DNA of 64,000 nucleotides from an uncultured Acidobacteriota bacterium. GTDB lineage: Bacteria > Acidobacteriota > UBA6911. Below the pieces are notes generated by a model that did not search any database, had not been told where the DNA came from, and saw only the letters and a list, made by a program, of their open reading frames with translations. The position numbers and the translations under genes were made by a program. The DNA is taken from positions 544,001 through 608,000 of the forward strand of contig CAWJKZ010000013.1 in assembly GCA_963843575.1 (NCBI GenBank), read 5' to 3'. This document shows positions 1 to 8,572 of this stretch, piece after piece (the first letter of the stretch is position 1; every line of letters begins with the position of its first letter).

Positions 1-422
1 CTTCCTCGAAAACTACGACGTCCACGTCGCCCGCCAGATGATTTCCGGGTGCGACGTGTGGCTGAACAATCCGCGGCGGCCGCTGGAGGCTTCCGGCACC
101 AGCGGCCAGAAGATCAGCTGCAACGGCGGACTGAACTTCAGTATCCTCGACGGCTGGTGGCGCGAGGGTTACGACGGCACCAACGGATTCGCGATCGGCG
201 AGGACTCCAATCCGGACTCGGTCGAAGAGCAGGACCGCCAGGACGCCGAGAACCTCTACCGCGTTCTGACCGGCAGGTCGTCCCCTGCTTCTACGACCGG
301 GACGCCAACGGCATACCGCGCCGTTGGATCGGGATGATCCGCCGGCGATGGCAACGCTCGTCCCGGCGTTCAACACCTGGCGCATGGTCCAGGAGTACAC
401 GCGCCGCTACTATCTCGGCTAG
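1..422 (+). CDS. glgP: alpha-glucan (glycogen) phosphorylase, 3' end (partial, two apparent indels)
   Basis: DVWLNNPRRPLEASGTSGQK (PLP-lysine motif) and NFSILDGWW. After frameshifts it continues VVPCFYDRD and FNTWRMVQEY to TAG at 420-422. Confidence 0.9.
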
Positions 423-597
423 GCGTTCCCGACCGCGGCGCCTATTGTCCTGAAGTTTTTCTGTTGGCCGGGTTGATCTTGTCGAAATGTTGTACAGACG
501 GCGGTTCGGTGGTAGCATGATCGCTTTTGGCCCGCCACCATCCGGCCCGATATGGAGCCAGGTATAGGTTTGGCTCCTGCGACAGGCGAAATACCGT

Positions 598-1628
598 ATG
601 CCCGAATTACGTCACGATCCGATATCCAAACGCTGGGTGATCATCGCTTCCGAACGGGGACGTCGTCCGGACGATTTCCCCGCCCAGCACGACACGACTC
701 CCGCCGGGTTTCTGCCCGTTTTGCGAGGGGAACGAGAGCAAGACGCCCCCCGAGATCATGGCGGTGCGCCACAACGGCAGCGGACCGAACCAGCGCGGCT
801 GGGAGGTCCGGGTGGTCCCGAACAAGTTCCCGGCACTCCGCATCGAGGGGAATCTGGATCGCAAAGGCTTCGGAGTGCACGACCGCATGAACGGGGTCGG
901 CGCGCACGAGGTCATCATCGAGACTCCCGCGGCACGACCAGAAGATGTGCGACATGGCCGTCGGCGATCTCGAGAAAGTGATCCGGGTCTGGCGCGACCG
1001 GCTCGTCGACCTGACCCGCGACCAGCGCTTCAAGTACATCCTGATCTTCAAGAACTACGGCGCCGCCGCCGGGGCCTCGCTGTCCCACCCTCACAGCCAG
1101 CTCATCGCCACGCCGGTGACGCCCCTGACGCTGGCCGGTGAGCTAGGGTCGGCCAAGGAGCACTACCAGGACAAGGAACGGTGCCTGTTCTGCGACCTGA
1201 TCCAGCAGGAACTCGAAAGCGGCGAACGCATCGTGCTCTGCAACGATCAGTTCGTCGCGATCACCCCGTTCGCCTCGCGGTTTCCCTTCGAAATCTTCCT
1301 GGCGCCCCGGTATCACCACCACAGCTTTGCCGAGATCAACGATTCGATGGTCCACCACCTGGCGCTCGCGCTCAAGGAGGTGCTGCTCAGGGTCCGGAAG
1401 TGCCTGAACGATCCGGCCTACAATTTCCTGATTCACACGATCCCGAACGTGAAGGCCAGGCCCAAGAGGACGTCCTACTGGGATACCATCGAAGTCGATT
1501 ACCACTGGCACATCGAAATCATGCCGCGGCTGACCGGGATCGCCGGTTTCGAGTGGGGAACAGGCTTCTACATCAACCCGACGGCTCCCGAGGAAGCGGC
1601 GAAGTACCTGCGGGACGTCGAGCTGTAA
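598..1628 (+). CDS. galT: GalT-family hexose-1-phosphate nucleotidyltransferase (two apparent indels)
   Basis: MPELRHDP start, CPFC in a shifted frame, [19 protein letters not shown], catalytic HPHSQ and GFEWGTG, spread over ORFs 598, 758 and 945. Confidence 0.88.
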
Positions 1629-1661
1629 TCGCCTGCCGCCGCAGCCGCGTTCAGGATCACT

Positions 1662-3185
1662 ATGCCCGGAAGCGACAGACTGCGCGTCGTGATGTTTTCC
1701 GCGGAAGCCTATCCGTACGTGCAGGTCGGCGGCCTGGGCGACGTGATGGGGGCGTTGCCGAAGGTGCTCGACACGATGGGGGCCCGTGTCACGCTCGTCG
1801 TTCCCTCCTACAAGACCATCGACCACCCGCAGCACAACATCGTGCCCTACTCTCCCGTCCCGGCTTTCCAGGTGCCCATGGGCCCCGGCTTCGCCCGGGC
1901 CGAGGTGTTTCGGACGTGGATGCCGGAATCGGAGGTCGAGGTCCTGTTCATCGGTTGCCCGGAGTATTTCTCCCGCGAGGGCGTGTATGACGACCCGATC
2001 ACGCGGGAGGGATACTTCGACAACATGGAACGCTTCGTGTTCTTCATGAGGGCCGGGATCGAACTGCTGTCGAGGATCGGCGAGCCCGCCGACGTCATCC
2101 ACTGCCACGACTCGCAGACCGCACTGATCCCCGGGATGCTGCGCACCAGCTACCAAGCCGATCCGTTTTTTGCCTCGTCGGGCACCCTGTTGACCATCCA
2201 CAATGTCGCCTACCAGGGACTCTACCCGCGGGAAACCCTGTATTGGGCCGGCATCGACCAGCGCTACTTCTACCCGACCTCCCCGTTCGAATTCTGGGGA
2301 CGCGTGAATTTCATGAAGGTGGGGATTGAGTATGCGGATCTCATCAACACCGTCAGCAAGACCTATGCCGCTGAAATCCAGTCGGGTCCCGAGTACGGGT
2401 ACGGCCTGGAGGGGGTGCTGCGCGGCAGAAAGGCCGACCTCACCGGCATCGTGAACGGCATAGACTACCGGGTGTGGGACCCGCGCACCGACCCGATCCT
2501 CCCCGCCCGCTATTCGGCCGACGACCTCTCGGGCAAGCTCGTGTGCAAGACCGAGTTGTTGAAGGCTTTCGGCCTGCCCGTGCCCGCCGGGCGCATACCG
2601 TTGATCGGGATCGTCTCGCGGCTGACGGACCAGAAGGGATTCGACCTGATCGAGCTGGGCATGGACGCGCTGGCCGCCCTGGACGTGCAGCTGGTGGTGC
2701 TCGGGACGGGGCAGCAGAGATACCACGACCTGTTGCGGCGCATCGAAGCGCGCCACCCCAACAAGATCGCCGTCAGGCTGGAGTTCGACAACCGGCTCTC
2801 GCACCTGATCGAGGCCGGATGCGACATGTTCCTGATGCCTTCCAAGTACGAACCTTGCGGCCTGAACCAGTTGTACAGCCTTCGCTACGGAACGGCGCCG
2901 ATCGTGCGCGCGACGGGCGGGCTCGCCGACACCGTCGTCGACTACGATGCCGATCCGCACCGCGGCACGGGCTTCAGTTTCAAGAACTACTCGGCGCGCG
3001 AAATGCTGGTTGCGGTCGAGAGAGCCCTTGTGCTTTACTCCAGTGTAGAACTCTGGGAAGACCTGATCCGTCGCGACATGGCGCAGGACTGGTCTTGGGA
3101 AGAATCGGCCCGTCAGTACATGCAGCTGTACCGGATGATCCACGACAGGCGCCGCAGCCCGGTGGCCAACCCGCCGCACGCCTGA
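1662..3185 (+). CDS. glgA: glycogen synthase (GT5)
   Basis: xGGLGDV, IHCHD, TIHNVAYQG, NGID, RLTDQKG, EPCGLNQ and TGGLADT motifs. Confidence 0.95.
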   Translation: MPGSDRLRVVMFSAEAYPYVQVGGLGDVMGALPKVLDTMGARVTLVVPSYKTIDHPQHNIVPYSPVPAFQVPMGPGFARAEVFRTWMPESEVEVLFIGCPEYFSREGVYDDPITREGYFDNMERFVFFMRAGIELLSRIGEPADVIHCHDSQTALIPGMLRTSYQADPFFASSGTLLTIHNVAYQGLYPRETLYWAGIDQRYFYPTSPFEFWGRVNFMKVGIEYADLINTVSKTYAAEIQSGPEYGYGLEGVLRGRKADLTGIVNGIDYRVWDPRTDPILPARYSADDLSGKLVCKTELLKAFGLPVPAGRIPLIGIVSRLTDQKGFDLIELGMDALAALDVQLVVLGTGQQRYHDLLRRIEARHPNKIAVRLEFDNRLSHLIEAGCDMFLMPSKYEPCGLNQLYSLRYGTAPIVRATGGLADTVVDYDADPHRGTGFSFKNYSAREMLVAVERALVLYSSVELWEDLIRRDMAQDWSWEESARQYMQLYRMIHDRRRSPVANPPHA

Positions 3186-3302
3186 GTCGTTTCCCGACCC
3201 TGAACCCCGGCACCCGCCCTCCCTCGCGTTTACGCCGTATCCCACCGGGCTGGTTTTTCTTCTAATCGTGGCGCCTTTGTGCGTCCTCGTTTCAGGGCAG
3301 CT

Positions 3303-4769
3303 ATGACCACCCAAGATTCACCGCAACCTCTCTTCGCGGCGGTTTCGCTCGAACGTCGGATCGTCGAACTCACGATCCTGTACGAGGTCAGCCAGGCGCT
3401 CCAGAACACGCTGGATGAGGAGAAGGCGCTGTACACGATTCTCGTCGGCGTGACGGCCGGCCGCGGGTTGGGCTTCAATCGGGCGTTCATCCTGCTGGTG
3501 GACCACGAAGAGCGATTTCTCAGCGGCCGCCTCGCCGTCGGCCCGACAACCCGGGAGGAGGCCGCCTCGATCTGGTACGAACTGCGCGGCAGACAGGAGT
3601 CGCTCGGCCAGCTGCTGCGCTCCATCGACAAGACCGGCATCAACAAACAAACACCGGTGAACGAGATCGCCGCGCGTTTTCACATCCCGTTGTCGGATGC
3701 CGGTAATCCACTCATCCGCGCCATGCGTTCGCGCAAAGCGTGCCTGGCCGCCGGGGAGCGGAACGCATACTGCGCCGACCGCTCGGTCGCAGAGATATTG
3801 GGAACCGATACCTTCGCGATCGCGCCCCTGTATCTCGCCGACCGCGAGCTAGGGCTGCTTATCGCCGATAATGCCGTGACGCGGAAGCCGGTGGCACCCA
3901 CGGATGTCAAACTACTGCAGATTTACGCGCAGGAGGCGAGCGCAGCCATACAAAACACACGCCTCTACAGGGAGCTGATGGAGAAGGTGGAGCTGTGCGA
4001 AAACACCAACGTCGCGCTCCGCGAAAACCAGCATCACCTGCTGCAGGCCGAAAGGCTGTCGACCATCGGGAAGATGGCGGCGCTGCTAGCCCATGAAATC
4101 CGCACCCCTCTGGTTTCCATCGGTGGCTTCGCGCGGAGACTGATGCGCTCCACTCCGGACGACGACCCCCGCAAGGAGGAGATGGAAATCATCGTCGCTG
4201 AGGTCGCCCGGCTGGAGCGCCTGGTGCAGGAAGTGCTCGGGTACAGCAGGATAACGAGACCCGAGTATGAAGACGCGGACGTGAACGAGGTAATCCGAAG
4301 CGTCGTGGCGATGCTTCAAGGCGGACTCGAAAAGAAAGAAACCATCCGGTTCGTCCTCGACCTCCAGACGAATCTCCCAAAAGCCGCCGTGGATAAATCC
4401 CAGCTGCGGCAGGCCCTGCTGAACCTCCTGATCAACGGGATGGACGCTATGCCCTCGGGGGGGACCCTGACCGTCACGAGCGAGAGCGCCGCCGATCACA
4501 TCGAGATTATGGTGAAAGACACCGGCATGGGGATCGAGCGCGAGCACTGGAGCAAGTTGTTCAGCCCTTTTTTCACGACAAAGCTCACCGGGACCGGTTT
4601 GGGTCTTGCCATCGTCTCGCAGGTGGTGGAAAATCACAGAGGATCTCTTCGGTTTGAAAGCATACCCGGCCAGGGTACTTCGTTTCACATAAAGCTCGCG
4701 CTGCGCCCACAGGCGAACTGCGGCCCCTCCTCCCCCGGCGTCGCAAAATCACGGGAGGTACCCCCATGA
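3303..4769 (+). CDS. cytoplasmic GAF-domain sensor histidine kinase
   Basis: N-terminal GAF-like region (GLGFNRAFILLVD, LLIADN), H-box AHEIRTPL, N-box NLLING, DTGMG, FSPFFTTK, GTGLGL; no TM segment seen. Confidence 0.92.
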   Translation: MTTQDSPQPLFAAVSLERRIVELTILYEVSQALQNTLDEEKALYTILVGVTAGRGLGFNRAFILLVDHEERFLSGRLAVGPTTREEAASIWYELRGRQESLGQLLRSIDKTGINKQTPVNEIAARFHIPLSDAGNPLIRAMRSRKACLAAGERNAYCADRSVAEILGTDTFAIAPLYLADRELGLLIADNAVTRKPVAPTDVKLLQIYAQEASAAIQNTRLYRELMEKVELCENTNVALRENQHHLLQAERLSTIGKMAALLAHEIRTPLVSIGGFARRLMRSTPDDDPRKEEMEIIVAEVARLERLVQEVLGYSRITRPEYEDADVNEVIRSVVAMLQGGLEKKETIRFVLDLQTNLPKAAVDKSQLRQALLNLLINGMDAMPSGGTLTVTSESAADHIEIMVKDTGMGIEREHWSKLFSPFFTTKLTGTGLGLAIVSQVVENHRGSLRFESIPGQGTSFHIKLALRPQANCGPSSPGVAKSREVPP

Positions 4770-5152
4770 AGACCGTATTGATAGTCGATGACGACAAGAA
4801 CGTCCGTCGCCTCTACAAGGCCGAGCTGGAAGCCGAAGGCTATCAGACCATGCTCGCGGAAAACGGATGGGAGGCGACTGCCATGGTCGGGAGCAAACTC
4901 CCCGACGCAGTCATCCTCGACATCAGGATGCCCGAGATGGACGGACTCGAAGCGATGGCACGGATCCTGGGTGAGAACCGCAAGATCCCCATCATCCTCA
5001 ACAGCGCCTACTCCTGCTATCAGGAGAACTTCCTCGCCTGGGCGGCCGACGGCTACCTGATCAAGTCGGCCGACCTGCAACCGCTCAAGACCAAGCTGCG
5101 GGAAATCCTGAGCCCCGCCGGCGAGGTCGAGGCCGCTCACGCCGCCCGCTGA
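4766..5152 (+). CDS. single-domain response regulator
   Basis: VDDD, ILDIRMP phosphoacceptor, SAY, IKS; ATGA overlap with the kinase stop. Confidence 0.92.
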   Translation: MKTVLIVDDDKNVRRLYKAELEAEGYQTMLAENGWEATAMVGSKLPDAVILDIRMPEMDGLEAMARILGENRKIPIILNSAYSCYQENFLAWAADGYLIKSADLQPLKTKLREILSPAGEVEAAHAAR

Positions 5153-5155
5153 GAG

Positions 5156-5234
5156 ACGGAAGCCGGAGGCCCGAAGCCGGAAGGGACGGCTGCGGGCGTA
5201 AGGGAATCTGTAGCGCCTTCCGGCTTCCGGCTTT
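5156..5234. repeat. heptamer tandem repeats in inverted arrangement between convergent genes
   Basis: GGAAGCC/GGAGGCC/CGAAGCC units (5156-5184) face CCTTCCGGCTTCCGGCTTT (5216-5234). Confidence 0.7.
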
Positions 5235-5235
5235 T

Positions 5236-6405
5236 TCAAGCGAAGGCGTTCAGGCCGGTGATGGCTTGGCCCAGGATCAGGGTGTGGATGTCGTGAGTCC
5301 CCTCGTAAGTCTTGACCGACTCCAGGTTGCACATGTGGCGGATCACCGGGAACTCGAGCGATATGCCGTTGGCGCCCAGGATTTCCCGGGCGAGCCGGGC
5401 GATCTCGAGGGCTATATCGACGTTGTTCCTCTTGGCGAGCGACGTCTGGGTAAAGTGCAGTTTGCCCGCGTCCTTGAGCCTCCCGAGCTGCAACGCCAGC
5501 AGCTGACCCTTGGTGATTTCCGACAGCATGTACACCAGTTTTTCCTGGACCATCTGGAACGAAGCGATGGGGCGTCCGAACTGCACCCGGGCCCGGGCGT
5601 ACTCCAGTGCGGCGTGATAGCAGGCCATGGCCGCGCCGAGGCCGCCCCATGCGATGCCGTAGCGCGCCTGGTTCAGACAGCGGAGGGGAGCCTTCAATCC
5701 TTGCCCGCGCGGCAGTGCGTTTTGCTGCGGTATGGCGCAATCCTCAAAAATCAGCTGCGAGGTCACCGAGGCCCTCAGGGACATCTTGTGTTTGATTTCG
5801 GGGGCCGCGAATCCTGGCGTACCCTTCTCGACGAGAAAGCCCCTCACCTCGCCGTCGACTTTGGCCCAAACGACCGCCACATCGGCGATGCTGCCGTTGG
5901 TGATCCAAGACTTGGCCCCGTTCAGGACCCAGCAGTCGCCCCGTATAGTCGCGCGTGTGATCATGCCGCTGGGGTCGGAGCCGTGATCCGGTTCGGTCAG
6001 GCCGAAGCATCCGATCTTTTCGCCGCGGGCGAGCCGTGGCAGCCAGTAGCTTTTCTGCTCTTCGGAGCCGAACTCGAAGATCGGGTACATCACCAGGGCG
6101 CCCTGAACCGAGACAAAGCTCCGGATGGAGCTGTCCCCCCGCTCGATCTCCTGCATGATCAGCCCGTAGGCAACGTTGTTCATCCCCGCGCACCCGTACT
6201 GCTCGGGCAGGTTGGCACCGAAAAGCCCGAGCTCGGCCATCTCAGGGATCAACTCCGCGGGGAACGTCCCGTCCTCGAAGTGCCGGTCGATGATCGGAAC
6301 GATCCTGTCGGTGACGAACGCGCGCACCGTTGCCCGCACCATCTTCTCCTCTTCGGAGAGGAGACCGTCGATCTCGTAGAAATCCACGCCTCTGAATTGC
6401 TCCAT
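5236..6405 (-). CDS. gcdH: acyl-CoA dehydrogenase, glutaryl-CoA dehydrogenase-like
   Basis: CFGLTEPDHGSD, WITNG, CLNQARYGIAWG, KRNNV, GANGI, TYEGTHDIH. Start taken at MEQF. Confidence 0.85.
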   Translation of the reverse strand: MEQFRGVDFYEIDGLLSEEEKMVRATVRAFVTDRIVPIIDRHFEDGTFPAELIPEMAELGLFGANLPEQYGCAGMNNVAYGLIMQEIERGDSSIRSFVSVQGALVMYPIFEFGSEEQKSYWLPRLARGEKIGCFGLTEPDHGSDPSGMITRATIRGDCWVLNGAKSWITNGSIADVAVVWAKVDGEVRGFLVEKGTPGFAAPEIKHKMSLRASVTSQLIFEDCAIPQQNALPRGQGLKAPLRCLNQARYGIAWGGLGAAMACYHAALEYARARVQFGRPIASFQMVQEKLVYMLSEITKGQLLALQLGRLKDAGKLHFTQTSLAKRNNVDIALEIARLAREILGANGISLEFPVIRHMCNLESVKTYEGTHDIHTLILGQAITGLNAFA

Positions 6406-6543
6406 GTGTGTGCTCCAAAGGGCCACTCCCCGCAGGGATGGACTCCCAGTTACTATCCGGTGCGGACGATAAATTGTCCATCCCCATTCCGGCGCTGATA
6501 TAATCCCGCCGCACTCGCACCAAGAATCCTTAGACCGTCGGGA

Positions 6544-7788
6544 ATGGGCATGGGAAAAGCTACCTGGGCGCTGCTTCTGGTTTCGGCGGCGCTCCTACCG
6601 GTTGCGCTGAGCGGCGGGGCCGCCGAGAAGCTCACGGCGCGGGGCCTGCCGTCGGTTGCTCCCGAGGTCCTCGGCATGTCGGGGGCGCGTCTGGGTCTGA
6701 TAGACGCAGCGGTAGGGGCAACCATCGAGGCGAGAGAGGTGCCGGGTGCGGTCGTCCTGGTCGCCCGTCATGGCAGGATCGCATACCTGAAGGCCTTCGG
6801 CCACCGGGCGCGCGTGCCGGAGATCGAACCCATGACCGTCGACACCATCTTCGACATGGCGTCGCTGACCAAGGTCATGGCCACGGCCCCTTCCATCATG
6901 CTGCTCGTCGAGGACGGCCGCATCAGGCTGGACGACCGCGTAAAACGTTACCTTCCCAAGTTCACCGGCGGGGGAAAGGACGCCGTCACGGTGCGGCAGC
7001 TGCTGACCCACTACTCCGGATTGCGGCCCGACTTCGACCTGTCGCGGCCGTGGGAGGGTTACGACGCGGCGCTCGAGGAGCTCTGGCTGGAAACCACGAG
7101 GTCCGACCCGGGCAAGGAGTTCGTCTACAGCGACCTGAACTTCATCGCGCTCGGCGAAATCGTCCGGAAAGTGAGCGGCAAGGGGCTGGATACGTTCGCC
7201 CTCGAGAATGTCTATGGGCCCTTGCGCATGAATGACACGGCCTTTACCCCGCCGGCGTCGTGGCGGCCTCGGATTGCACCCACCGAGTCCCGCAACCGGT
7301 CGCTGGAATACCTCAAGGGAGAGCCTCGGGCGGGCGAGTTCGAACAGATGCTGCGCGGCGCCGTGCACGATCCCACGGCTTGGCGCATGGGAGGAGTGGC
7401 GGGGCACGCCGGTCTTTTCTCCTCGGCGCGCGACGTCGCCATATATGCCCAGATGCTGCTCAGCGGTGGCAGGAGCCAGGGGCGGCGATTCCTCGGGCCG
7501 CTTACGGTCAAGGCGATGACCAGCCCCCAGTCGCCGCGCCAGGCCGTCGGGTTGCGCGGCTACGGGTGGGATATCGACACGGCGTATTCGGTTCCCCGGG
7601 GAGACCTCTTCGACGGCGGTTTCGGGCACACCGGGTTCACCGGCACGTCGCTGTGGATCCACCCGTCCAGCGACACATTCATCGTCGTGCTCAGCAGCCG
7701 CCTGCACCCGGACGGCAAAGGGGACGCGGCTCGTCTCCGGGGGCTCGTAGCCAACATCGTCGCCGGCGCAATCATCGCCGCCCGTTGA
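6544..7788 (+). CDS. exported serine hydrolase, beta-lactamase class C/AmiE-like
   Basis: Signal peptide, SxxK (ASLTK), YSD, VHDPTAW and GHTGFTG motifs. Confidence 0.88.
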   Translation: MGMGKATWALLLVSAALLPVALSGGAAEKLTARGLPSVAPEVLGMSGARLGLIDAAVGATIEAREVPGAVVLVARHGRIAYLKAFGHRARVPEIEPMTVDTIFDMASLTKVMATAPSIMLLVEDGRIRLDDRVKRYLPKFTGGGKDAVTVRQLLTHYSGLRPDFDLSRPWEGYDAALEELWLETTRSDPGKEFVYSDLNFIALGEIVRKVSGKGLDTFALENVYGPLRMNDTAFTPPASWRPRIAPTESRNRSLEYLKGEPRAGEFEQMLRGAVHDPTAWRMGGVAGHAGLFSSARDVAIYAQMLLSGGRSQGRRFLGPLTVKAMTSPQSPRQAVGLRGYGWDIDTAYSVPRGDLFDGGFGHTGFTGTSLWIHPSSDTFIVVLSSRLHPDGKGDAARLRGLVANIVAGAIIAAR

Positions 7789-7814
7789 GTTTTTTGGTCG
7801 GACGCCGCCGGTCG

Positions 7815-8201
7815 ATGCGCTATCATGCGTCGGTGAGCGGCTTTTGTGAGTACCTCCTGGGGAAGGGCAGGATCACGGAGCTGCAGCTCTTCCGAGCCCG
7901 TTCAAAATGCGCCACCCTGAACCTGGACACCGGGCACTGCGCGTTCGCCTTCGGGTTCGTCAGCCGCGCTCAGATCCAGAATATCCTCGGGATCCGGCAG
8001 CGCACGGGCCAGCGGTTCGGGGAGATAGCCGTCGCGCTCGGCTATATGACGCCGGGGCAGGTGCACACGGTCTTGAGGCTCCAGAGCAAGTACCGCGTGA
8101 CCATGGAGGAAGCTCTCGTCCGGGACGGCGCATTGACCGCCGAGGACATTGAAGCGGAACGTCTGAAGTACGGGGACGCCCGGCGGACGGGGACGCTGTA
8201 A
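7815..8201 (+). CDS. small protein made of MshEN-like repeats
   Basis: C-terminal part of ORF 7260..8201. Four ~24-aa units, the best being RFGEIAVALGYMTPGQVHTVLRLQ. Start uncertain (ATG 7815 or GTG 7833). Confidence 0.7.
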   Translation: MRYHASVSGFCEYLLGKGRITELQLFRARSKCATLNLDTGHCAFAFGFVSRAQIQNILGIRQRTGQRFGEIAVALGYMTPGQVHTVLRLQSKYRVTMEEALVRDGALTAEDIEAERLKYGDARRTGTL

Positions 8202-8286
8202 CGCTGCGGGCTCTGCCTGCGTCCGACAGACGGAGCGCGGTTCCGGGCCGGCGGCCCGCCCGGCTCGATGATGGCCGATGCGGGTG

Positions 8287-8487
8287 TCAGCTCTTTTCGA
8301 AAGAGTAGCAGGCGCGACGAAACTTGAGGAAAGCGTGGGAGTGGTGGGGGCATGTGCCCCAATGGCTTTCGGTGCCGACGAACTCCTCTTCCGACGTGAA
8401 ATGCTTGCAGTGGCCGCACTCGAACTGCTTGTCCTCGATTTTGAAGTCGCAAGCCTCTTTGAACGTGGCGAATTGCTGCTGAGGCAT
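8287..8487 (-). CDS. 66-aa Cys-rich putative metal/Fe-S binding microprotein
   Basis: Strong SD (GGAAGGAG) before ATG 8487; CGHC-x18-C-x13-C pattern. Confidence 0.65.
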   Translation of the reverse strand: MPQQQFATFKEACDFKIEDKQFECGHCKHFTSEEEFVGTESHWGTCPHHSHAFLKFRRACYSFEKS

Positions 8488-8572
8488 CTGATCTCCTTCC
8501 GGCCTGCAAAAATGGTGCAGAAAAGGGTCCTGGCTGTCAACCCAATGATGTCCCGAACGCGGAACGTATTCT

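Noticed and set aside
1143-3314. Long antisense ORFs (also 27733-29493, 59617-61887, 52036-53541 and others)
   Set aside because: They mirror well-supported genes on the other strand, as expected in high-GC DNA with strong codon bias.
8401-8418. CGHCKH as a heme c attachment site
   Set aside because: The motif is CxxCxH, not CxxCH, and the protein has no export signal.
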